Assembly: GCA_050633305.1 (NCBI GenBank)
Contig: JBOEGF010000009.1
Coordinates: 6,149-30,311 of the forward strand
Direction: 5' to 3'
Length of the DNA: 24,163 nt
Origin: Nannocystales bacterium
Lineage (GTDB): Bacteria > Myxococcota_A > Polyangia > Nannocystales > Nannocystaceae
In this document: positions 8,627 through 17,660 of the stretch, in pieces
Layout: each line of letters opens with the position of its first letter
How positions within the stretch are numbered: position 1 is the stretch's first letter
Notes under the pieces: model-generated
Database searches by the model: none
Told to the model about the DNA's origin: nothing
The model's input: only the letters and a program-made list of their open reading frames with translations
Position numbers and translations under genes: made by a program

Positions 8627-11409
8627 GCGCGACCTCCCTCGACCGACTGTGCAAACCGTCTACGACGCGGCTCCCGGACCTCGATGCTCTGGCTGGCCAA
8701 CGCGACGCCCAGCTGCGGATGCGCCGCACGTAGGGCCACCAGCGCAGACAGGCACGCATCCCGTTCTCCGCGCGCGCTCGAATGAGCGAACGCCTCCAAG
8801 ATGGGCAGCACCGCTGCGGCAAAGCCCGCGTCTTCGAGTGCGAAGTCCCGCAAGACGCCCACGAGGCGTTGCTTGGCCACCGAGGCGGGCAACGAACGAT
8901 CAGGCGCGACACCGTTGGTGGGCGCTCGCCTCTCCATCCGACCCGGTGGAAGCCCGAACAACACCGTGCGCAAGAACTCGCGCAACGCTTCCGAGGTGTC
9001 GAACGCCTGCTGGGCCGTGGGCGCGGCTGTCCGTGTGGCAACGGGGCTCAGCCCGCGCGGCCGATGCTTCTCCCACAGCAGACGCACCGCGAACAACCGG
9101 ACCTCCCGGTCGGGGCTCTCCATCAGCCACGCCAAGCGGTCGGCACCCCCGAGCCGGTCGTAGTGGCGGCGCACCAACGTGAGCGCAACCTCGCGGGTGG
9201 ACTTGTAAGGGCTCTCAGCCAGCGAGAAGACGGCGTCGACCGAAAGCCAGGCGACGGGCAGCATGCGCTCGGGCGGAAGCTCATCGTCGCCAAGCAACAG
9301 CAGCCCCGACCCGGCAGCGTTACGGGTCTCGGAGAATGGTGACTCGGCCAACCGATACAGCAGCGTTGCGTCGTCCCAACGGCGGATCTCGGCATCGATC
9401 AACTCGGCCGCAAACCGCCGCACATCGGGTCGGGGGTCGTCGGTCAGCGGAACCACGGTGGCCTGCGCGTAGTCGGCGGGGATCAGCCGTGGCTCGATGC
9501 CCAGGTCGCGCGCTTCGGATTGCGTCGGGCCAATGTCGGGGTGATGCAGACGCAGGTACGTGGCCGCGAACTCCCGCACCGCCTCGGGTTGGGCCTCGCC
9601 CAACAGTGCCCAGCAGCCCCCGCCGCCGAGTTGGTCGGGCGTGAAGTGCTCCAACAGGTGGCGTCGCGCAAAGGTTCGCAGCGCGGCATCGGCGTGGCGC
9701 AGCAGTCCCAACAGCCACGGGACGCCCAGCTTGGCGGGGCCCACCCACGTGGGCTCGCCCAGCACCGCCAGCGCGGTGGAGCGCAGCTTGGGCTTGGCGA
9801 TGAGCCCTTGGAACCAGGCCACATCAACGTCGTCGCCCTTGAGCTTTCCACGCGACAGCCACGTGGAGACTTCGCTCGTGAACTTGCGATCGAGCAGCGT
9901 GTCTTGGATCCAGCCCACCCCGATCTCGGACGCCTTGCGCTCGCCGATCCGGGACAATACCCGGCGCTCGCGATAGTTCAGCCGGGTGGAGTTCGATGCC
10001 AAGCGGTCGTCGACGAGCAACGCCTGCAAGTGAGACACCGGCGGCTTGCGCTTGGCCTCGGAGAACCATCCGTCGACAAAGCGCTCGCCGTCACGACCCT
10101 CCACCATCAGGGTGACAAACTCCGCCTCCCCGAGTGCATCGACCGTGAATCCGTCACGGATCGCCTTGCTCGCCATCTGCGCGGTGGCCCGCGCCAACAC
10201 CAAACGCACCAACATCGGCAACCCGATGTCTTTGGGGGATATCTTTTCCAGCCGCTCGAGGGCGAACTTTGCTCCGTCGCTGTGGCCCAGCTCGGCCAGC
10301 TGCACCAAGCGCTCTACCGGGACCTGCGCCGACTGCCCGCGGACATACTCGAGCGCCAGGGTGCGTGCCGTTGAACTGGGGCTGCCGAGGAACGCCAGCA
10401 TCAGCGGTTCGAGGCCCAAGCCCGCCAGCTTCGACGGATGGAACTTGGGATTGGCCTGCAGCAGTCGAGCGACGAAGTCGTGCACCGACGGCAGCGACTT
10501 CTTCCCCAAACGCAGCAGCCACGCGGGCTCGACATCACGCAGTGCGTCCGCAAAGGCCTTCTCCAAACCGGTGATGGCAAATGCGCATACCTCGTCGGCC
10601 TCGGCGTGCTCCAACAGCCGCAGCAACGGCTCCTTGCGGGCTTTCCAGGCGTCGGGAAATGCCCAGTCCTTCATTTTTTCGGAGGGACCCGACGAACCAC
10701 TGGTGCCCCACATCATCTCGTGGGACCAGATGTGCGAAGCCACCCAGGTCCCCCAGAAGTTGGTGCCCGGCTCGTAGTGGCGCAGCACCTCCACCGCAAA
10801 CTCGGGATAAGCCTCGGGCACCGCGGTTCCCAGCTGACGGAGAAACCGCCACGCACGACGCCGCATGTAGATCAGCGTGCCGCGCCCGACCTCACCGCTG
10901 GCCATCTTGGATTGAGCAAAGGTGTCCAGCCTCCACGCGAGCAGCCCCAACATCGGCGCATCATGCTGCGCCTCGGCCAGCTTGAAGATACGCTTGAACC
11001 CCCGCCAGAACCCCCAGCCGATCCTCGCACGCCGCAGTATGTCCCTTAGGGACGCAAGCCCCGGTTCGTCCCCCGCCTCGTACAGCTCGACCATCAGCTG
11101 GCCCAGCTTCAACCGCGGCGGAGGATGAGCGGCCGCCTCGAGGGCCGACCATGCGGCGTTGCGGGCAGCTTGCTGCTCCTCAGCGGACTTGTGAGCCAAC
11201 TGGCCGGGATTCACCGCCTGGCGCAGCCGCCGAAGCGTCCACGCACCGTCGGGCAAAGCCACCACGGTCTCTGCGGGGTCGGCTTCTTCCCCGCGATCTT
11301 CAGGGGGGTCGCCTGAATCCATGTAGCGGACCACCAGGTCTGCCAGCTGTGGGTCGCGCGCTTTCGCGGCCGCGACAATGTCTGCCCAAACAACCTCCCG
11401 AACGCGCAC
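8623..11409 (-). CDS. HEAT/ARM-like alpha-solenoid protein (928 aa), first gene of the operon
   Basis: Long ORF whose stop overlaps the next start. It has HEAT-like units (TDDPRPDVRRFAAELI, MESPDREVRLFAVRLL, AESPYKSTREVALTLV) and an aromatic/basic N-terminal block (WRGFKRIFKLAE, YMRRRAWRFLRQLG). GTG 11409 is the first in-frame start after a stop. Confidence 0.88.
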   Translation of the reverse strand: MRVREVVWADIVAAAKARDPQLADLVVRYMDSGDPPEDRGEEADPAETVVALPDGAWTLRRLRQAVNPGQLAHKSAEEQQAARNAAWSALEAAAHPPPRLKLGQLMVELYEAGDEPGLASLRDILRRARIGWGFWRGFKRIFKLAEAQHDAPMLGLLAWRLDTFAQSKMASGEVGRGTLIYMRRRAWRFLRQLGTAVPEAYPEFAVEVLRHYEPGTNFWGTWVASHIWSHEMMWGTSGSSGPSEKMKDWAFPDAWKARKEPLLRLLEHAEADEVCAFAITGLEKAFADALRDVEPAWLLRLGKKSLPSVHDFVARLLQANPKFHPSKLAGLGLEPLMLAFLGSPSSTARTLALEYVRGQSAQVPVERLVQLAELGHSDGAKFALERLEKISPKDIGLPMLVRLVLARATAQMASKAIRDGFTVDALGEAEFVTLMVEGRDGERFVDGWFSEAKRKPPVSHLQALLVDDRLASNSTRLNYRERRVLSRIGERKASEIGVGWIQDTLLDRKFTSEVSTWLSRGKLKGDDVDVAWFQGLIAKPKLRSTALAVLGEPTWVGPAKLGVPWLLGLLRHADAALRTFARRHLLEHFTPDQLGGGGCWALLGEAQPEAVREFAATYLRLHHPDIGPTQSEARDLGIEPRLIPADYAQATVVPLTDDPRPDVRRFAAELIDAEIRRWDDATLLYRLAESPFSETRNAAGSGLLLLGDDELPPERMLPVAWLSVDAVFSLAESPYKSTREVALTLVRRHYDRLGGADRLAWLMESPDREVRLFAVRLLWEKHRPRGLSPVATRTAAPTAQQAFDTSEALREFLRTVLFGLPPGRMERRAPTNGVAPDRSLPASVAKQRLVGVLRDFALEDAGFAAAVLPILEAFAHSSARGERDACLSALVALRAAHPQLGVALASQSIEVREPRRRRFAQSVEGGRA

Positions 11410-11416
11410 CGCGGCG

Positions 11417-11443
11417 AGGCTATCAAGACTTGGACCTCGTCAA
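11417..11443 (-). promoter_or_regulatory. Putative sigma70-type promoter of the operon (extended -10, probably leaderless)
   Basis: Minus strand TTGACG-N15-TAGCCT with a TGn extension (TGaTAGCCT). The -10 ends 7 nt before GTG 11409 and no SD is present. The 15-nt spacer is shorter than optimal. Confidence 0.5.
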
Positions 11444-11999
11444 CGATGCATCTGGCCTCAAACCCCGACGCCCGCTTACACCATTTGCCCTATTCACCTC
11501 GCACGCGGACCGGGGCACTTCCTGAGGTATTGCCGGTTCGATCGATCGCGCCTACCAAGTCGCCTTCCGCTCCCACGCTTCACAGATCTCGCCCGCGCAA
11601 CCAACGCGTCCAAGTCTGTACATCACCGAGGCCGATCCTTGAACCACCGAGAAGCCTCCTGCCCACGAGCCGATCTTGTTCACAGCGGGCGCGGTGCTCA
11701 GCGGAGCCAGGCTGCGCTCGGCAGAGTCCCCCCTCTAGAGGCCGGTTTCCGGCTCTACCAGACTCGTCTCCATCTCGTTCGAGATTTGAGCGTCAGAAGC
11801 CGAAGGTTCGGCGGAGAAGACTCGATGTCAAAGGGCGAAGGCCCGCCGTCGAGCGCCCGAGATCCACGTACGACCACGCGGCCGATCGATAGAGTTTGCG
11901 TCTTCGTAGACCGACCGATTCGTTCTCTCGCATTGACGGACACCGGGCCATGGCCAGTTGCTCATGGCTCGACGGCGCACGCACAGATCGAGAACCGGC

Positions 12000-13085
12000 A
12001 TGAAACACCATCGAACCAAATCCCATCCTGCTCGCCGCATCAGCTCGGTGCTCCTGTTTGCGCTTGCCGCGCCCGCGATTGGAATCGGCCCGCTTGCGTG
12101 CGACGACGGCCAGGACCCGCACGACATGCAGATGCGCTCTTTGGATCCGGTGATGGAGCGAGTGCCTGTGTCCGACCCCGACCTCGATCCGATCGATGCC
12201 AGCGAGCTGGTGGGACTGACGATTGAAGACCTGCACGCGATGTCGTTCAATTACGACACCTACGTCATGAGCGAGCGGCCGACGTCCATCACGTATACCG
12301 CCCCTCAGATCGCGAGCGTGCGAAATGGAGGCTGGCCCCTCCACGCTCTGCAATGGAAGGACTATCTCACCAGCACTCCTCAGACGAGCACCTTCGACAT
12401 TCCCGCAGCCACCGCAGCCATCTCGGCCAGCCAGGACTTCCACAGCGTCGAAGTCGACAGTGCGCCGGCGCTCAATGCTCTCGAGGCGGGTGTTGCCTTC
12501 ACGGGCCCGGACCCGGCAGGTGATTGGATGTACATCAACATCTCGAGCCCCGCGGTGGCGTTCGCCTATGCCGCCCTCGTCATGCATCACTGGGGTAGCC
12601 CGGTCTATGTCGCTGGGTGGCTTCAGCACCCCGCGGGCAGCCCGAACCGGGTCTCCAGGATTGCCTTGCAGGAGCTCACGTTCCAGCTCCCGCCGAGCGT
12701 CGTGGATCTCTTCGATTCGTGCGGCTTGCTGTCTACCGATCCCCCGAGCGTTGCCCTCGCTGCCCCACCCATCTGCGCCAATGCCATGGTGCTTCACCAC
12801 GACGAGGTCACGACCTGGCAGGAGAGTCAGTGGGGGACGGGGGCTTACACGCCTTTTCTCCCGAACTACTTCCTCGACCCCGTGGTGCTCGCTTCCGCGA
12901 TGACCACGGTCGGTCCGGTGTTGCAAGGCAACGTGGTCTTCGATCCGCCCGACGAAGTGACGGAGGAAGAGCTCGAAGGCGTCCTGGTGTTGGCCGAGGC
13001 GCTCTCCGAACAGCTTCTCATCGAAGGCGAGGATGGCAGGTTGGTGCTCTTGAAGGAACTGGCCTTCGAATCCATGGAAGGCTGA
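12000..13085 (+). CDS. Hypothetical lipoprotein (361 aa)
   Basis: From ATG 12000: basic N-terminus, hydrophobic stretch and lipobox-like PLAC (MKHHRTKSHPARRISSVLLFALAAPAIGIGPLAC). The composition is globular and acidic, with no recognisable domain. Confidence 0.75.
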   Translation: MKHHRTKSHPARRISSVLLFALAAPAIGIGPLACDDGQDPHDMQMRSLDPVMERVPVSDPDLDPIDASELVGLTIEDLHAMSFNYDTYVMSERPTSITYTAPQIASVRNGGWPLHALQWKDYLTSTPQTSTFDIPAATAAISASQDFHSVEVDSAPALNALEAGVAFTGPDPAGDWMYINISSPAVAFAYAALVMHHWGSPVYVAGWLQHPAGSPNRVSRIALQELTFQLPPSVVDLFDSCGLLSTDPPSVALAAPPICANAMVLHHDEVTTWQESQWGTGAYTPFLPNYFLDPVVLASAMTTVGPVLQGNVVFDPPDEVTEEELEGVLVLAEALSEQLLIEGEDGRLVLLKELAFESMEG

Positions 13086-13099
13086 CCGTTGTCGCGGCA

Positions 13100-13115
13100 G
13101 GCCCGAAACCGGGCC
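13100..13115 (+). terminator. Possible terminator-like hairpin without a U-tract
   Basis: GGCCCG-AAAC-CGGGCC, 14 nt after the stop at 13085. Confidence 0.3.
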
Positions 13116-13186
13116 CGACTGACTCGCGTCCCCTCCACCGGCGTATTGTCCGTATGCAGGTAGGACATCGTTCGGAGTGTTTGAGG

Positions 13187-13262
13187 GAAAGGAAGTGGGA
13201 AAGAGCCGATCCGGAGGAGTACGGCTTCACGCCGTCGAGGGCGGTTATGGCGTAGCGGGCCA
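13187..13262 (+). repeat. Dispersed 76-bp repeat, copy 1
   Basis: Ungapped match to 22286-22361; 64/76 identical by manual count (53/59 in the 5' part). Confidence 0.85.
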
Positions 13263-13366
13263 TTGGCCGGGTGTGACAGACGACGCTGGCAAGCGCACCC
13301 GCACCGACTCTGACCCCCTCGCGAAGCATGGTCGCGTGACCGAGCGAGCCGCGGTATCGTCGAGGT

Positions 13367-14098
13367 GTGGCGCGCATCGGGCCCGCGATCGTAGCGACCT
13401 TACTCAGCGCACTCGTCTGGGTGTTCACCCAGGTGATCGTGCACGAACAGGCGCGGGCACACGACATGGAAGGGATTTGCGGCTCGCTCACGACGGCGGT
13501 GATGGTCGCGGAGTCGGCCCCCGGAGCGTTCTCCGAGCTCGAGCGTCCGTTGTCGAACGCGCGCACGACCGCGTACCTGTTGCCCGGCGGCGATGCGCGA
13601 CAGGTCCCCAGCTGGGCACTTGGCCGTGATGTTCTGGCCCTGCTGCCAGGGGGGTCGACGCGGACACAGCCTCTGTACGGTACGACGAGATGGGATCGTC
13701 CAGTGCAGGAGACTGGGAACAGCTGGGTCGCCGAGTTCCCCCATGCCCTCACCACGCCCAGCACCGACAGCTGGGCGACACAGCGGTTGGCATCGGGCGA
13801 CGTCGTCCTCGTGACGCGATACGAAGGTTCCCATGGGTACGTTGCGGATTGGCGGCTCTCCCTGGGCCTTGCAGGAGTGGGAGGACTCCTGGTGGGCCTC
13901 GCGTGGTCGCGCAAGCCCACCGCCGTGGCACTCGGCCTCGCCGTGTTGTGCCTGGAGTTCGCGGTGCAGTGGACGGCTCTGCCCGACGCAGCGGTCAAAG
14001 AGCTCGGCGATGAAGTTCGCGCGAAACACCTCGCGCAAATGCGCGAGCTCAGCGGAGACCCCGAGCGCTGGGCCGTCCGCCGATGCGGCAAACGTTGA
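13367..14098 (+). CDS. Hypothetical membrane protein (243 aa)
   Basis: N-terminal hydrophobic helix (IGPAIVATLLSALVWVFTQVIV) and two C-terminal hydrophobic segments (LSLGLAGVGGLLVGLAW, AVALGLAVLCLEFAV). TATCGT lies 6 nt before the GTG. Confidence 0.65.
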   Translation: MARIGPAIVATLLSALVWVFTQVIVHEQARAHDMEGICGSLTTAVMVAESAPGAFSELERPLSNARTTAYLLPGGDARQVPSWALGRDVLALLPGGSTRTQPLYGTTRWDRPVQETGNSWVAEFPHALTTPSTDSWATQRLASGDVVLVTRYEGSHGYVADWRLSLGLAGVGGLLVGLAWSRKPTAVALGLAVLCLEFAVQWTALPDAAVKELGDEVRAKHLAQMRELSGDPERWAVRRCGKR

Positions 14099-14322
14099 GT
14101 CTGGCGCTCCTCGCTTTCGCGGCCAAATTCGGTCTCTGAGTTGCGGCCCGGCCCGACTTCCGGAGCAGCACCCGTCCGGCCGAAATGCGATGACGCCGAC
14201 ACAGCTCTCCACCTGCACTCTCCCCCTGCGGCCAACTTCTCGATCGTTCCATACGCGAGGTCGGGCGTGGAGCCGAGAGGTGGGCCCCCTACGAAGCCGC
14301 GCCCACGCACAGTCTATGGCGC

Positions 14323-14490
14323 TCAGGACGTTGTGGAGAGCAGCAGGAGTTGTGCGGACGCAGGGGCGCGTCTTGGTGGCGGAGCACCGTGAAGCTCGGC
14401 GGCGATGTCCTCGGGCGTGGTGACAAACGAGTGACCTGCATGGCCCCGCGACAGCGGGCGCACACGGAAATATCGATGCGAAGACCTCCC
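14323..14490 (-). mobile_element. Decayed 3' end of an IS91-like transposase gene, copy 1
   Basis: Reading across frameshifts gives EVF/IDISVCARCRGAMQV/FVTTPEDIAAELHGAPPPRRAPASAQLLLL. This resembles the VFxxDxxxCxxCGGxM...(I/L)..L C-terminus of IS91-family transposases. There is no start codon or catalytic region. Confidence 0.6.
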
Positions 14491-14662
14491 CTCACACGGC
14501 TGAGCCTGCCCGACCCACAGCGAGAGGAGAGGGGAGCGAGCGAACCCGGCCGAGGAGTTTTTTTGGGCGTTCGCGGTTGTCGGGAACCAGCGAGGGGGTC
14601 GCGGCAGCAAGGGAAGCACCGACGCCATGGGCGGTGCAACGCCGAGGCTGAGACGCACAGAA

Positions 14663-15196
14663 ATGACGAACATGAAGAACAGACTGAAGAAGAAACTCCT
14701 CGCTGGCCTGACCCTCGCGCTGTGGCTGCCGACCGCCTGCGGTGATGTGGAACCCGTCACTGATACCTCGGACGCACGGAAAGCCGAGCTCTATGGCGAA
14801 GCGATCGACGCAGTGGTCCACGATGACCACGAGGTGGTGTCAATGGTCGCGCTGGAACGCGCTGCCCAAGAACTCGACGTGCCCCACTTGAGGGAGCTGC
14901 AGGTTCAAATCATCGAGCGCGTGGGTTGGGATCCCACGCCCAAGCAGGTCGAGGAGGCTTTGCAGGCCGTCACGGCCACGTACTCCGAATCGCAGCTTCA
15001 CGCCCTGCGAGAAGAGATGCAGGCGATGAGCGAGCTCGCGATCGAGATGGTGGAGTCTGGCGAGTACGCCGATGATGACCTCGACTCTCCGCGCCTGGCC
15101 GTGCTCTGCGGCGTCATCGCGCTGGGTTTCATCGCCGGCGTCGGCTGGTGTTACCTCTTCGCCAACGGCATCACCTGCTACGCCGACCCGCTGTAG
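14663..15196 (+). CDS. Hypothetical lipoprotein with a hydrophobic Cys-containing C-terminal tail (177 aa)
   Basis: MTNMKNRLKKKLLAGLTLALWLPTAC lipoprotein signal (alternative ATG at 14672), an acidic helical middle, and C-terminal LAVLCGVIALGFIAGVGWCYLFANGITCYADPL. Confidence 0.8.
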   Translation: MTNMKNRLKKKLLAGLTLALWLPTACGDVEPVTDTSDARKAELYGEAIDAVVHDDHEVVSMVALERAAQELDVPHLRELQVQIIERVGWDPTPKQVEEALQAVTATYSESQLHALREEMQAMSELAIEMVESGEYADDDLDSPRLAVLCGVIALGFIAGVGWCYLFANGITCYADPL

Positions 15197-15238
15197 GCCG
15201 CTTGCTGTCGGGTCGAACTCCTCGTCCCGCTTGCGGCG

Positions 15239-15266
15239 CAGGGCCCCGAACGCGTTCGGGGCCCTG
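15239..15266. repeat. Perfect 28-bp palindrome between convergent genes (terminator-like or REP-like)
   Basis: CAGGGCCCCGAACGCGTTCGGGGCCCTG equals its own reverse complement. Confidence 0.8.
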
Positions 15267-15544
15267 GAAGGTCTCAGCCCAGTCTTGCCGCCACGTGTCC
15301 TCCGGGGACGCCACGGCGATCCTCCGTTGGATATCCGGGGACCGGGGGTTGGTTGAAATGATGCGGAAGAACCGGCGGTGGGGCGGGGTCGTCGAGGTGC
15401 GGAGGATGGGATACGAGGACCCGCTCGCGACTGTACACCGCTAGCTGGCCGAACACCGGCCCTACAACCCCGGGCCTCAGGCGTTTTCGAGCACGACAGC
15501 GGTGCCCTGGCCGCCCCCAATGCACGCTTGGTGGGGCCGCGTCC

Positions 15545-17047
15545 TCAGAACACGTGAACTTCGCGACCGGGCAAGACGAGCATCTCGCCGGACTCGGGGT
15601 CCAGGAGCGTGGCCTGAGTCTCGTCGCTGAAGAACGCACACGTACCCGCGGCGTTCACACCGAGGCCGTAGGTTCCGTCCGGGAGCGACGCATAGTCTCC
15701 CCCGTCGTAGGAGACCTGCAGTTGCTGGCCCATCGCCGTCCCCGCGGCGGGTTCGAAGAGCTGGGGCGGGCAGAAACTCTGCCCCTCCGGGACCGTCTGC
15801 ACAACGGTCACAAGGCCGACCGTGTGAACATCCATCATGTCGATGCCTGCGACTGGGCTTCCGACGACGGTCCATGTTCCGCGATCGACGTCGAGCCGCT
15901 GTGGCTGGGCTGCCGCGGCGTCGCGAAGCGCCATCACGACCGCGCCATCCGCCTCGATTGCGGGGACGCGTCCGTAGCACTCCATTGCCTCGAAACCGGG
16001 GGGAGGTGTGATCTCAATTGTTTCCGCGGCCTGCTCGGCGAGGGACACGCGAACCCAGACAGAGTCCTCAGGCTGCTCGGCCTGGGCCTCGAGGAGAATC
16101 CAGTCCGGGCTGGCCGAAACCCACGTCAGCGCGTTGGGCCCAGGGTTGAACGCCGCAACGTCGACTGCGGTCGTCGTGCCATCGGGATCCGCCAATACGA
16201 TCTGACCGTCGGCTTGGTAGACGAGTCGCCCTTGGTAGAGGAGCGTTCGGGACCCCAAAGGACTGGGGCTGATCTGTGCCACGGCGCCGGTGGATAGGGT
16301 GGTCCAGGCCAGCGGGTTCGGGGACGACTCCGTTGGGAGCCGACCGGGAATCACATCGGAGGGCACACTCCCGTGCCGTGGCCGGAACCCAGGGTACACG
16401 GCGGGAGGCTCTCCGGGGATCAGGTAGAGCCCCTCGTAGCCCGTATCGGTCGTCTGTCGGTAGCCCAACAAGTCACCCTGCGGGCCCACCCCGGTGAGCT
16501 CGAATGTCGCGCTCGTCAGCGACTCTTCGTGCGCCACCAAGCCCTCGATGTCGAACGTGCGGAGCGTGTAGCCGCTGTCGACGGACCCGCCATTGAAGTG
16601 GCTCCAATCGGAAACGACTGCCGCCCAGGACCCGTCCGTGGAGCCGCGGGCCTGCCTGCCGAGGTTGGATTCCGCGGGTGCCCCGACGGCGGGTGCTTCG
16701 ATGGCGACCAGGGATCCATCTCCGCGAATGAGGTGGCTGTCTACACCATCGAAGACCATTGCGACAAAGGCGTCGGCGCTGCGGCCACAAAGGCCTGCAG
16801 GCTCCGGCTCCGTCGTGTCGGACGTTCCGCCTTCGCTGTCACCGTCGCCCGTCGTCTCGGTCCCCGTGGCGTCGCTGACCATCCCTGTGGTTTGCGGTCC
16901 CGATGTGCCGGGCGCGCTGGTCTCAGTCAATGACACGTCTGCCCCCTCTGCTTCGCCCTGCGCGGTTGTCCCGGCTTCGGCGTCGAGACCGACGGCTGGA
17001 CCGCAGGCAACCAGGAGGAGCGGAAAGCCGTACGGAGTCCAGCGCAT
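15545..17047 (-). CDS. Hypothetical lipoprotein with Thr/Gly/Ser linker and beta-rich domain (500 aa)
   Basis: MRWTPYGFPLLLVAC lipobox, a low-complexity T/G/S/E/D linker, then a beta-strand-rich, possibly propeller-like region with a few Cys residues. Confidence 0.8.
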   Translation of the reverse strand: MRWTPYGFPLLLVACGPAVGLDAEAGTTAQGEAEGADVSLTETSAPGTSGPQTTGMVSDATGTETTGDGDSEGGTSDTTEPEPAGLCGRSADAFVAMVFDGVDSHLIRGDGSLVAIEAPAVGAPAESNLGRQARGSTDGSWAAVVSDWSHFNGGSVDSGYTLRTFDIEGLVAHEESLTSATFELTGVGPQGDLLGYRQTTDTGYEGLYLIPGEPPAVYPGFRPRHGSVPSDVIPGRLPTESSPNPLAWTTLSTGAVAQISPSPLGSRTLLYQGRLVYQADGQIVLADPDGTTTAVDVAAFNPGPNALTWVSASPDWILLEAQAEQPEDSVWVRVSLAEQAAETIEITPPPGFEAMECYGRVPAIEADGAVVMALRDAAAAQPQRLDVDRGTWTVVGSPVAGIDMMDVHTVGLVTVVQTVPEGQSFCPPQLFEPAAGTAMGQQLQVSYDGGDYASLPDGTYGLGVNAAGTCAFFSDETQATLLDPESGEMLVLPGREVHVF

Positions 17048-17404
17048 CCCTGAAGGGTTCGACCGAGCCGGTCAGAAGTCCATCCGTGATTGGTGCACGC
17101 CAGGATGAAGCCTGTCTTCACGTCGGAGGAGGTCGCGACCACGGACTCCGTCTTTGCCGCTTTCCCACCACGAAGAAGGGTGGGAAAGCGGCTTCGGGGA
17201 CGCGGCTTCGTCGGCGCGCAGCTCGGAGTCGGAGAGCTCCCGCTCGCGCGCAGTTCACGGGCCGCAGCGCACCACGATGAGAGCGCCGTTGCATCTGCTG
17301 TCTTCGATGTGGAGCGTGCTGCCTCGCGCGGCGCAAACATCCGCTCTCGCAAGCTTCGGGCTGCGGCAAACACTCCTGGTCCACGATGCCATCGAGGCAG
17401 TCGG

Positions 17405-17660
17405 AAGAACCCTTCAACGCTCGAGAGGTCAAAGCCATCGAAGTACTCCGCGCTGGGCAAGGGTCGCGCCCCGAGCCACTCCGCACCGCCGTCGTCGAAC
17501 GAGGCACGAGGAAGCACCTGCACGGTGATGTCCGCGAAGGACAGGTTCTCGGTGTGCAGCCCGTCGGGCCCGGTGTCACAGTCGAGGAACTCGAACATCG
17601 CGGCGGGTGCCACTTCGAAGCGCGTCCACGACACGTGCAGCGGCCGCGGAGTCGTAGTCG
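17405..17660 (-). pseudogene. Possible degraded gene fragment of unknown family
   Basis: A protein-like stretch (FEFLDCDTGPDGLHTENLSFADITVQVLPRASFDDGGAEWLG...EYFDGFDLSSVEGFF) is flanked by implausible sequence within the 290-aa ORF. Boundaries are approximate. Confidence 0.3.

Noticed and set aside
235..11525. Many overlapping ORFs on the opposite strand and in alternative frames of the operon (e.g. 6567-7970 +, 2620-3873 +)
   Set aside because: These are Arg/Pro/Ser/Ala-rich shadow ORFs expected in high-GC coding DNA, fully overlapping better-supported genes.
11378..14310. Long ORFs 11378-12226 (+), 11793-12926 (-) and 13018-14310 (-)
   Set aside because: They are antisense or out-of-frame shadows of the 12000 and 13367 genes with implausible composition. 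11450-11950 may hold a decayed gene, but I could not identify one.
15065..15076. YADD tetrapeptide (the RT catalytic motif) in the 14663-15196 ORF
   Set aside because: It sits in an acidic linker of a 177-aa lipoprotein with no other RT motifs, so it is coincidental. No RT gene is visible in the window.
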